From an uncultured Candidatus Saccharibacteria bacterium (GTDB lineage Bacteria; Patescibacteriota; Doudnabacteria; UBA920), in NCBI GenBank assembly GCA_964512925.1, contig CAZEKH010000006.1, positions 1-51,732 on the forward strand: a DNA stretch of 51,732 nucleotides. The letters run 5' to 3'. Positions 44,748 to 51,732 of the stretch are shown here, in pieces; position 1 is the first letter of the stretch; each line of letters starts with the position of its first letter. The translations under genes and the position numbers were made by a program. The notes under the pieces were generated by a model. The model made no database searches. It was not told where the DNA came from and saw only the letters and a list, made by a program, of their open reading frames with translations.

Positions 44748-45647
44748 TTATAGATTGGGTAAATATGCTAATTCCTGGTTTTCGATTTGGTCTCTTTTGA
44801 TAAAATTAACTTCCGGGAAATCCTCCCTTTTTAAGTATTCGTATTCCGCGTTGCCGGTTATGTAGTGGGTAGAGTTGATGACTGAGTTCATCCAGGCAAA
44901 CCTTTGGTCGCGGCCTGGAGTTATTTGCGACTTTTCTATTTTATCATTTACTGAAAACTGGGTAAATTTGTCGCCGCCGTGGTGGAGTTCGGCTAGTTTA
45001 AGGCTAAGGGCACCCTCCTTCGCTGAAGCTATGGAGGACAAAAGGGGTGTAGGGTTTATAGAGGGGGCAGGGGAGGGGAGGATGCGGGCGCGGACGATTT
45101 CGTTTTCGTACAGTACATCCGCATAAAAATTCTCGGTTAAATCAGCCGCGTTGTTTCTAAAAGTTTTGTCCGAAGACCTAACTACTTCAATCCCGTCTAA
45201 GAGACCCAATTTTTGGTACATCTCCAGGCAAAAATCCGCCACGTTTGTCGCATTAACCGATTGAAAAATAGAAATGGGGTTCGCACCCTCTCCCTTAATC
45301 CCTCTCCCCTCGAGGGAGAGGGAAGGTTGGGGGGAGACAAAGCGGGGGAGTTGTTTTAGGATTTCTGCTTGCCAGCTAGCCGGTATCCTTTTTAAATACA
45401 GCGGGGAAAAGTTTTTTTGGATTTTATTTTCCTGGACAAAATTTAAGCGTACTTCCGCGCCGGTTTTTATGTCGTTTAAAACAGTTATGGTTTCTCTAAA
45501 GTCCGCGTCCGAGTCATGGTAAAAAAATATGATCTTGCCGCCGATTTGTTTTTGCAGGTTTTTGGCTGTATTGATCTTGGCCACCAAAAAGCGTTTGGGG
45601 AAAAATCCGCACGGTTGTTGGCCAAAACAAATAATAGGTTCTTGCAT
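44748..45647 (-). CDS. Compact BshC-like protein (putative bacillithiol cysteine-adding enzyme homolog) with palindromic-element insertions
   Basis: FGQQPCGFFPKRFLVAKINTA...IIFFYHDSDADFRE resembles the BshC segment GGQQAGLLTGPLYTIHK...IFWVAGEDHDLDE. ITGNAEYEYL resembles IAGPGEINYWGEL. At 299 aa it is far shorter than the roughly 540 aa of BshC. Confidence 0.45.
   Translation of the reverse strand: MQEPIICFGQQPCGFFPKRFLVAKINTAKNLQKQIGGKIIFFYHDSDADFRETITVLNDIKTGAEVRLNFVQENKIQKNFSPLYLKRIPASWQAEILKQLPRFVSPQPSLSLEGRGIKGEGANPISIFQSVNATNVADFCLEMYQKLGLLDGIEVVRSSDKTFRNNAADLTENFYADVLYENEIVRARILPSPAPSINPTPLLSSIASAKEGALSLKLAELHHGGDKFTQFSVNDKIEKSQITPGRDQRFAWMNSVINSTHYITGNAEYEYLKREDFPEVNFIKRDQIENQELAYLPNL
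45012..45042. repeat. Palindromic element copy (TTGTCCTCC..GAAGGAGG type) inside the bshC-like CDS
   Basis: The coding strand reads ttgtcctccatagcttcagcgaaggaggg and encodes LSSIASAKEG. Compare the tkt copy, which encodes LSSEASAKEG. Confidence 0.65.
45285..45335. repeat. Palindromic element copy inside the bshC-like CDS
   Basis: The sequence is caCCCTCTCCcttaatCCCTCTCCCctcgaGGGAGAGGGaaggttgggggg. On the coding strand it encodes SPQPSLSLEGRGIKGEG. Confidence 0.7.
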
Positions 45648-45697
45648 TAGGGTAGTATACCTTATTTAAACCTGCAAATCAACCAAATTTATGAAAT

Positions 45698-45726
45698 TTG
45701 ACTAATACCCCAGGGGGGTATATTAT
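45698..45726 (+). promoter_or_regulatory. csoR-copA promoter with a CsoR-type operator in the spacer
   Basis: TTGACT, 17-nt spacer, TATTAT. The spacer contains the GC-rich inverted repeat ATACCCCAGGGGGGTAT (45705-45721), which resembles known CsoR boxes (TACCC..GGGGGTA). Confidence 0.65.
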
Positions 45727-45766
45727 TATATTACAATTTTCAATTATTAATTTTACAATTTACAAA

Positions 45767-46033
45767 ATGCTTAAAAATAATAAGAACCTGTTAGTAAACA
45801 GATTAAAGAGAATAGAGGGGCAGGTTAGGGGGATTAGGAAAATGGTGGAAAACGGCAAATATTGCGTGGATATTTTAATTCAAAGCCTGGCTGTGGAAAA
45901 CTCCTTGGAGAGTTTTAACGCCCGGATGCTGGAAAATCATTTAAATGAACATGTAGCTCACCAGTTTATGCGCGGGCAGACCAAGAAAGCGGTCAAAGAA
46001 CTGCTAAAAATATATAACCTGGCAAATAAATAA
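45767..46033 (+). CDS. csoR: CsoR/RcnR-family metal-sensing repressor
   Basis: LVNRLKRIEGQVRGIRKMVENGKYCVDILIQ matches the family. Start taken as ATG 45767 because TTG 45698 is the promoter -35. Confidence 0.85.
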   Translation: MLKNNKNLLVNRLKRIEGQVRGIRKMVENGKYCVDILIQSLAVENSLESFNARMLENHLNEHVAHQFMRGQTKKAVKELLKIYNLANK

Positions 46034-46066
46034 GAGCGGAATTTTTAAATATTCTAAATATTGATT

Positions 46067-48427
46067 ATGGGGGTTCAAAATAAACAATTTAATGTTCAGG
46101 GTATGCACTGTTCTTCTTGCGGCGCAATTATTAAACGCACTTTGCAGAAACAAGAGGGTGTGGTTTCGTGCGAAGTAAATTATGCTACTGAAACAGCAAA
46201 TATTAGTTTTGACGAAACAAAAATTTCACCGAAAAAAATGTCGGAAAAAATTCAGCCTTTGGGATATAGTTTAAAACTGCCGAATAGCAATTCCTCTAAA
46301 GACCTCTCTTCAAAAGGAGAGGGGGGAAAGCATATTATGCCGGATGGCAGTGTTATGTCGGCCGGAGACCATAGCGCGCATTTGGGACTTAGCCAGACTA
46401 AAGAAGAAAAGTTACTAGAGCTAAAAGAGCAGAAACAAAAAGTTGAATTTGTTTTGCCTTTGGCGTTTTTGGTTTTTATTTTGATGCTTTGGGAAATTGC
46501 CGGCAATTTTTTTGATATTATCCCAAAGTTTTTTTTGCCGATGGATTTATATAATCCTGTTTTATTTGTTTTATCTACCTTGGTGCTATTTTGGGCTGGG
46601 AAGCAATTTTTACTGGGGGTTTGGCGATTTATCCGCTTTGGCGCTGCCAATATGGATACCCTGGTGGGGATCGGCACTTTGACAGCGTATATTTATAGCG
46701 GGATTTTGGTTTTATTTCCCGGAGTTAAGGTCAAGCTGAACTTGCCTGAATTGGTGTTTTTTGACGTGACTATCGTGGTAATTGGGTTTATTGTTTTGGG
46801 AAAATTTTTAGAAATGCGCTCTAAGCTAAAAACCAGCGAAGCCATAGAAAAATTGTTAGGCCTCCAGGCTAAAACGGCGCTGGTGCTTCAAGCAGGCAAA
46901 GAAATTGAACTGCCGATTGACTTGGTTAAAATAGGGGATTTGATAATAGTCAAGCCTGGAGGCAGGCTAGCGGTTGACGGAGTTATTGTTGAAGGTAAAT
47001 CTTCTGTGGACGAGAGTATGATAACCGGCGAACCTATGCCCGTAGGTAAAAATATCGGCGACAAGGTTGTTGGGGGTACGATAAACAAACAGGGAAGCTT
47101 TGTAATGCGCGCGGAAAAAGTTGGCAAAGAAACTCTGCTTAGTCAAATTATAAAAATGGTGGAAAATGCACAAGGGAGTAAAGCGCCTATAGAAGAATTG
47201 GCAGATAAAATTTCCGCTGTGTTTGTGCCTGTGGTTTTGGGTATTTCCTTGTTATCGTTATTGTTATGGTTATTTTTTGCGCCAAGGTTTGTTCCATTTG
47301 ACCAGGCGTTGTCTTTGGGAATTTTGTGCTTTGTCAGCGTTTTAGTGATTGCTTGCCCGTGCGCTTTGGGACTTGCCACTCCCACTGCTATTATTGCGGG
47401 CGTGGGCAAAGGCGCGTCTTTGGGTATACTTATAAAAAATGCGGAAAGTTTGCAACATTTGGCAAGTATTGACACATTGGTTATAGACAAGACAGGTACA
47501 CTGACTTATGGAAGACCAGAGGTTGTAGATCAATTTAAAATTGAAAATTTAAAAATAAAAAAAATAAGTAGTCTGCAAATAGCTGCGAGTTTAGAAAAAA
47601 AATCCGAACATCCTTTGGCTGAGGCTTTTGTGAATAAAGCTAAAGAAGACAAAGCAGAAATTGTAGAAGCTACGGAGTTTGAAAATTTAGAAGGCCGGGG
47701 AGTGAAAGGTAAGGTGTTAGGCGAAATATATTTTGTCGGCAGCCCAAAACTTGCCGAGGAATTAAAAATAAAGATTGATGTTGAAAAAGTTAGCGCATTT
47801 ACAAAACAGGGAAAGACCCCTGTGCTTTTAATGTCAAAAACAGAACTTTTGGCGATTTTTGCCGTGGCTGACAAGCCGAAAGAAAATGCCAAAGACAGTA
47901 TTGAGATTTTGCATAAGCTGGGTATAAAAGTTGTGATGTTAACCGGGGACAACAGGCAAACAGCCGAGTATGTTGCGCAAAGTTTAGGTATAGACAAAAT
48001 ATTTGCTGAAATGCTGCCGGCTGAAAAAGCACAAAAAATTCAAGAACTGCAAAAGCAGGGCCTTCTGGTTGCTATGGCCGGCGACGGGATCAATGATGCG
48101 CCGGCTTTGGCTCAGGCAAATGTGGGGATGGCTATGGGCAGCGGAACCGATGTGGCAATTGAAACCGCTGATCTAACTTTACTATATGGCGATATTGGAA
48201 AAATCGCGCTGGCAATCCGACTTTCAAGGCTGACTATGCGCATTGTTAAACAAAATTTGTTTTGGGCTTTTAGCTACAATATCATTGGTATACCTTTGGC
48301 GGCTGGGATTTTTTTCCCGCTATTTGGCTGGCTCTTAAACCCGGCGTTTGCCGGCCTGGCTATGGCTCTAAGTTCGGTAATGGTGGTAAGTAACTCCCTG
48401 AGGCTGAAGCGGATAAATTTGCTATAA
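46067..48427 (+). CDS. copA: Copper-translocating P1B-type ATPase
   Basis: The N-terminal HMA motif is GMHCSSCG. TGEP, CPCALGLATP, DKTGTLT and GDGINDAP are present. An alternative TTG start lies at 46061. Confidence 0.95.
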   Translation: MGVQNKQFNVQGMHCSSCGAIIKRTLQKQEGVVSCEVNYATETANISFDETKISPKKMSEKIQPLGYSLKLPNSNSSKDLSSKGEGGKHIMPDGSVMSAGDHSAHLGLSQTKEEKLLELKEQKQKVEFVLPLAFLVFILMLWEIAGNFFDIIPKFFLPMDLYNPVLFVLSTLVLFWAGKQFLLGVWRFIRFGAANMDTLVGIGTLTAYIYSGILVLFPGVKVKLNLPELVFFDVTIVVIGFIVLGKFLEMRSKLKTSEAIEKLLGLQAKTALVLQAGKEIELPIDLVKIGDLIIVKPGGRLAVDGVIVEGKSSVDESMITGEPMPVGKNIGDKVVGGTINKQGSFVMRAEKVGKETLLSQIIKMVENAQGSKAPIEELADKISAVFVPVVLGISLLSLLLWLFFAPRFVPFDQALSLGILCFVSVLVIACPCALGLATPTAIIAGVGKGASLGILIKNAESLQHLASIDTLVIDKTGTLTYGRPEVVDQFKIENLKIKKISSLQIAASLEKKSEHPLAEAFVNKAKEDKAEIVEATEFENLEGRGVKGKVLGEIYFVGSPKLAEELKIKIDVEKVSAFTKQGKTPVLLMSKTELLAIFAVADKPKENAKDSIEILHKLGIKVVMLTGDNRQTAEYVAQSLGIDKIFAEMLPAEKAQKIQELQKQGLLVAMAGDGINDAPALAQANVGMAMGSGTDVAIETADLTLLYGDIGKIALAIRLSRLTMRIVKQNLFWAFSYNIIGIPLAAGIFFPLFGWLLNPAFAGLAMALSSVMVVSNSLRLKRINLL
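46303..46322. repeat. Palindromic element-like hairpin inside the copA MBD-TM linker
   Basis: cctctctt caaa aggagagg forms an 8-bp stem with one G.T pair. It encodes DLSSKGEG. Confidence 0.45.
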
Positions 48428-48438
48428 TATAAGCACAT

Positions 48439-49476
48439 ATGAATGAAACTAATCTTTGGATAATATTTACAACCGGACTTTTAACCGGCGGCCTGTCTTG
48501 CCTGGCGGTTCAGGGCGGGTTGCTTGCTGCAACCATAGCTCAAAGGGAAGAGGAAAAGGCTACTCAGAAAGATAAAAGTATAAAAAGCGCAGCATTGCCG
48601 GTTTTGGCTTTTTTAATAGCTAAGCTTGTTGCTTATACGGCTTTAGGCTTGCTCTTGGGTTGGTTTGGCTCTTTGTTTGAGTTGTCATTATCTGTAAAGA
48701 TAGTTATGCAGTTTGTGGTGGTTATGTTTATGCTGGGCACGGCTATGGCAATCTTAGACGTACATCCTTTTTTCAGATATTTTATTATCCAGCCGCCGAA
48801 GTTTATAACGCGAAAAATAAAAAATATTTCAAGATCACGGGATGTTTTCGCGCCGGCTTTTTTGGGCGCGTTTACAGTGTTTATTCCTTGCGGCACGACT
48901 CAAGCAATGATGGTTTTAGCTATAGCTTCAGGAAATCCTTTTTTGGGGGCCGCTATTATGTTTGCTTTTGTTTTAGGCACCAGCCCGCTGTTTTTTATTT
49001 TTGGCTTTCTAGCAACCCGTCTTGGCGAGGTAATGCAGAAAAAGTTTTTTCGCCTGGCCGCGTTTGCCATCATCCTTTTAGCGGTCTTTAATTTAAACAA
49101 TGCTATTGCTTTAACCGGGGCTAAGTGGACGCCCGCCAATATTGCCAAATCTGTTTTTTGCGGCGTTGCGTATTGTACTGAGCAAAATTCCATTTCAAAT
49201 CTGAAAGTTGTAACAGAACAGACAATAATAATAGAAAATAATGGTTATAGTCCAAGAAATTTTACAGTCAAAGCCGGAAGCGAGGTAAAGTTGACGCTTG
49301 TAAACAAAGGCGGATTTTCCTGCGCCCAGGCTTTTACCATCCCAAGTCTAAATATCCAAAAAATAGTTATTCCAAATACTACGGACTCTTTAACTTTTAT
49401 TGCGCCAAAAGAAAAAGGCCAACTGGCCTTTATGTGCAGTATGGGTATGTATAGAGGGACTATCAATGTAAATTAA
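48439..49476 (+). CDS. DsbD_2/TauE-like polytopic membrane protein fused to a C-terminal cupredoxin-like domain
   Basis: TGGLSCLAVQGGLL and several TM segments are present. The C-terminal beta-sandwich is FTVKAGSEVKLTLVN...LAFMCSMGMYRGTINV. Confidence 0.65.
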   Translation: MNETNLWIIFTTGLLTGGLSCLAVQGGLLAATIAQREEEKATQKDKSIKSAALPVLAFLIAKLVAYTALGLLLGWFGSLFELSLSVKIVMQFVVVMFMLGTAMAILDVHPFFRYFIIQPPKFITRKIKNISRSRDVFAPAFLGAFTVFIPCGTTQAMMVLAIASGNPFLGAAIMFAFVLGTSPLFFIFGFLATRLGEVMQKKFFRLAAFAIILLAVFNLNNAIALTGAKWTPANIAKSVFCGVAYCTEQNSISNLKVVTEQTIIIENNGYSPRNFTVKAGSEVKLTLVNKGGFSCAQAFTIPSLNIQKIVIPNTTDSLTFIAPKEKGQLAFMCSMGMYRGTINVN

Positions 49477-49486
49477 ATAAATTGTC

Positions 49487-49856
49487 TGTCATCCCGGCCT
49501 TGAGCCGGGATCCAGGGTTATATGCAAAACGAATATTATGTATACATCCTTGCAAACAAAAGAAACGGAACACTGTATGTGGGAGTGACCAATGACTTAA
49601 TAAGAAGAGTTTATGAACATAAAAATGATTTAATAGAAGGCTTTACTAAAAAGTACCAGATACATACTTTAGTCTATTTTAAAAATACAGGAAACATAGA
49701 AAGCGCAATAAACAGAGAAAAACAGTTAAAAAGATGGCAAAGACAATGGAAAATATCCCTCATTGAACAACAAAATCCGCAGTGGAATGATTTATACTCT
49801 AACTTGACTTAACCCTGGATCCCAGATATCCGCCTAAGGCGGATTCCGGGATGACA
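49487..49856 (+). mobile_element. Two-hairpin element carrying a GIY-YIG nuclease gene
   Basis: Left hairpin tgtcatcccggccttgagccgggatccaggg (49487-49517). Right hairpin ccctggatcccagatatccgcctaaggcggattccgggatgaca (49813-49856). The ORF fills the interval between them exactly. Confidence 0.75.
49522..49812 (+). CDS. GIY-YIG nuclease family protein (YhbQ/UPF0213-like)
   Basis: YYVYIL...GTLYVGVTNDL.RRV.EH and E.A...EKQLK.W.R..K are present. Length is 96 aa. Confidence 0.9.
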   Translation: MQNEYYVYILANKRNGTLYVGVTNDLIRRVYEHKNDLIEGFTKKYQIHTLVYFKNTGNIESAINREKQLKRWQRQWKISLIEQQNPQWNDLYSNLT

Positions 49857-49884
49857 AACAAATTACTTACTACTTACTACTACA

Positions 49885-50106
49885 ATGCCGACTGAAAAAC
49901 TCAAACTTAAAATTTCCGATATGCATTGCGCTTCGTGCTGTATGCTGATTGATATGGGTGTGGAGGATTTGGAAGGGGTAAAAAGCTGTACAGCGTCTTT
50001 TGCCAATCAAATTTGTGAAGTGGAGTATGATGGGGAGAAGGTAAATAAAGAAAAAATTATTGAAACAATAAAAAAAACCGGCTATCAGGCCACGGTTTCA
50101 GAATAA
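49885..50106 (+). CDS. copZ: Heavy-metal-associated (CopZ-like) copper chaperone
   Basis: The MxCxxC motif is DMHCASCCM. The 73-aa size fits a ferredoxin-like HMA domain. Confidence 0.8.
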   Translation: MPTEKLKLKISDMHCASCCMLIDMGVEDLEGVKSCTASFANQICEVEYDGEKVNKEKIIETIKKTGYQATVSE

Positions 50107-50107
50107 T

Positions 50108-50875
50108 ATGAAAAAAAAATCTGTAAAAAAATCTTTGTCTTTGACTTCAAAAATTGGCTCTGAGCAGTTTGCTTTTGTGGCTGCTCACCAGCTAAAAACC
50201 CCACTTACTGCTCTTCGGTGGTATACGGGTGAACTGTTAAAAGACCAAAAAGAGATGACTTCCCAGCAGCAGGAAACAGTCAGGGAAATAAGGCTGACTT
50301 TGGAACAGATGTCAGAAATGCTTAACGCGCTTTTACGGATCGGTCGTATCCGTTCCGGCAGGTTGACTGTGGAGCCAGTGCCTTTGGATATATTGTCTGT
50401 AACCAAGGAAGCGATTTTAAATTTAGATAAGCAAATTTTGCACAAAGATGTTGAAGTAAGCGTCAAATCTGTGCCCAGTACTTTACCTTTGGTCCCTATG
50501 GACAAAGACATCCTCCGCCACGTGCTGCAAAATTTGCTGGAAAACGCGGTTAGGTATTCGCAAAAAAAAGGAAAGGTTTCGGTTATAGTCAAGCAAACTG
50601 ACGGACACCTGCAGTTTGCGGTCAAAGACCAGGGGATAGGCATACCGGAAAATGAGCAGAAAGAAATTTTTAAAGAATTTTTCAGGGCGAGAAACGCTGC
50701 CCAGTTCCAGCCGCGCGGCACAGGTTTGGGTTTGTCTTTGGTCAAATATCTGGTCAATCACTGGAAAGGCAAAATCTGGTTTACCTCGCACCTAGGCAAA
50801 GGCACAACTTTCTTTTTTACCATCCCAGTCAAAGGCGTCAAAGCCCAAAAAGGGGAAGTAAGTTTGAGCGCGTAG
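50108..50875 (+). CDS. Soluble histidine kinase (HisKA + HATPase_c, no sensor or TM domain)
   Basis: The H-box is FVAAHQLKTPLTAL, the N-box LLENAVRY and the G-boxes DQGIGI and GTGLGLSLVK. Confidence 0.85.
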   Translation: MKKKSVKKSLSLTSKIGSEQFAFVAAHQLKTPLTALRWYTGELLKDQKEMTSQQQETVREIRLTLEQMSEMLNALLRIGRIRSGRLTVEPVPLDILSVTKEAILNLDKQILHKDVEVSVKSVPSTLPLVPMDKDILRHVLQNLLENAVRYSQKKGKVSVIVKQTDGHLQFAVKDQGIGIPENEQKEIFKEFFRARNAAQFQPRGTGLGLSLVKYLVNHWKGKIWFTSHLGKGTTFFFTIPVKGVKAQKGEVSLSA

Positions 50876-50878
50876 TGT

Positions 50879-51604
50879 ATGAAAAAATCAAAAATTTTTG
50901 AAAGGGCAGTAAATTCCGAACAATATAATTTTGAAGACTTGGAATGGGAAGCGGAAGGTTCAAATAATTCTGCAAGAACTGGTTTTTTTAGAGAATATTT
51001 AAGTCAATATTACCCAGAATTTAAAGGTAAGGATATATTGGATATTGGTGCAGGGATTGGGTGGTTAGTAAATGACTTAAAAAAATCTGGCGCAAATTTT
51101 GTATTGGGTATTGAGCCATCTACCCGTAATAAGAAATTTGCCGAGAAACAAAATCCTGACTCTTTAATTATTGAGACCTCATTTGAAAATTATGCGAATG
51201 AAGGCAGAACTTTTGATGTAGTTGTTTCAGTAATGACATTTTCCCATCTAAAAGATATTTCAGAAGCATTTTCTAAAATATTTTCACTTCTCAAAGAAGA
51301 TGGAGAGCTAATAATTATTGTGCCAGACTTTAAATATTTTAAATTACCTCGGCATGATTATGAAATAGAAATGGAAAGTTTAAATGACAAAGAGTATGTG
51401 ATAAGTGTAAAGCGCTCAAGCGGTAAGATAGCAGATATCGTAAGGGAGAATTCAGTTTATGAGAACGCTGCAGCTTTAGCAGGGTTTCATTTAAGCGAAA
51501 TTGTCGCTATGTTTCCAACCCCTGATTTTATTTCTAAAGTACCGAAGTATTCTTCGCTGAGAAACCAACCTATATCTCAGATATTAAGGTTTAAAAAATT
51601 TTAA
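50879..51604 (+). CDS. Class I SAM-dependent methyltransferase
   Basis: Motif I is ILDIGAGIGWL. An acidic residue lies after beta2 (LGIEPS). Motif post-I is DVVVSVMTFSHL. Confidence 0.75.
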   Translation: MKKSKIFERAVNSEQYNFEDLEWEAEGSNNSARTGFFREYLSQYYPEFKGKDILDIGAGIGWLVNDLKKSGANFVLGIEPSTRNKKFAEKQNPDSLIIETSFENYANEGRTFDVVVSVMTFSHLKDISEAFSKIFSLLKEDGELIIIVPDFKYFKLPRHDYEIEMESLNDKEYVISVKRSSGKIADIVRENSVYENAAALAGFHLSEIVAMFPTPDFISKVPKYSSLRNQPISQILRFKKF

Positions 51605-51607
51605 AAT

Positions 51608-51645
51608 AAAATTCCCCGATATGCATATCGGGGAATTTTATTTTG
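51608..51645. terminator. Bidirectional terminator hairpin
   Basis: aaaattccccgatatg / catatcggggaatttt is a perfect 16-nt palindrome, followed by a T-run (ttttatttt). Confidence 0.8.
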
Positions 51646-51732
51646 GGGTGGGCGACGGGGTACGATCCCGCGACCTTCGCTGCCATCCCGACGCCCCAAA
51701 GGGGATCGGGACTCCGACCAAAGCGTCGGAGC
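51645..51732 (-). other. tRNA-like 3' end (His-type acceptor, CCA encoded) preceded by non-canonical hairpins; truncated by the window edge
   Basis: The minus strand ends GGTC-GCGGG-ATCGTAC-CCCGT-CGCCCAC-C-CCA. No 5' acceptor strand or normal anticodon arm lies within the window. Confidence 0.3.

Noticed and set aside
46252-47997. Several minus-strand ORFs of 60-155 aa inside copA
   Set aside because: They are antisense to or overlap a P-type ATPase with all its canonical motifs, and they carry no independent signals.
50185-50791. 190-aa and 102-aa minus-strand ORFs
   Set aside because: They are antisense to the histidine kinase CDS, which has clear H, N and G boxes. They are shadow ORFs.
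51645-51732. tmRNA (ssrA) 3' end
   Set aside because: The T-arm plus CCA context resembles tmRNA. However, the acceptor strand CGCCCAC with discriminator C is incompatible with the G3:U70/A73 alanine identity required for tmRNA.

Overview
The window looks like a streamlined bacterial genome, probably Candidate Phyla Radiation/Patescibacteria. That lineage call is inferred from gene content, not proven. The standard genetic code applies, because TGA acts as a stop in ATGA gene overlaps. Core content is a sugar-phosphate cluster (fused transketolase, GlpX, class I FBP aldolase, LOG-family protein, transaldolase, and 6PGDH further on). There is also metK behind a SAM-I-clan riboswitch, tRNA-Pro, cell-envelope genes (dockerin/cohesin trio, two O-antigen-ligase/TPR paralogs flanking a HlyD-type adaptor), a contiguous bshC-like/bshB/bshA operon, and a CsoR-controlled copper operon. 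An accessory stretch at about 17.2-32 kb carries a large S-layer-like gene and an 8.2 kb TcB/TcC-like RHS toxin with an internal tandem DUF2341-LamG duplication and a putative immunity gene. It also carries a RAYT-type HUH transposase and a Fic protein whose catalytic His is replaced by Gln. The main finding is repeat biology. A G/C-rich palindromic element family (CCCTCTCC..GGAGAGGG and TTGTCCTCC..GAAGGAGG types) occurs about 13 times, mostly in-frame inside housekeeping CDSs, and once as the P4 stem of the riboswitch. Two further hairpin-element families each occur as empty copies plus one copy carrying a small nuclease gene (GIY-YIG; GxxExxY) exactly between the arms. No CRISPR array or rRNA gene was seen.
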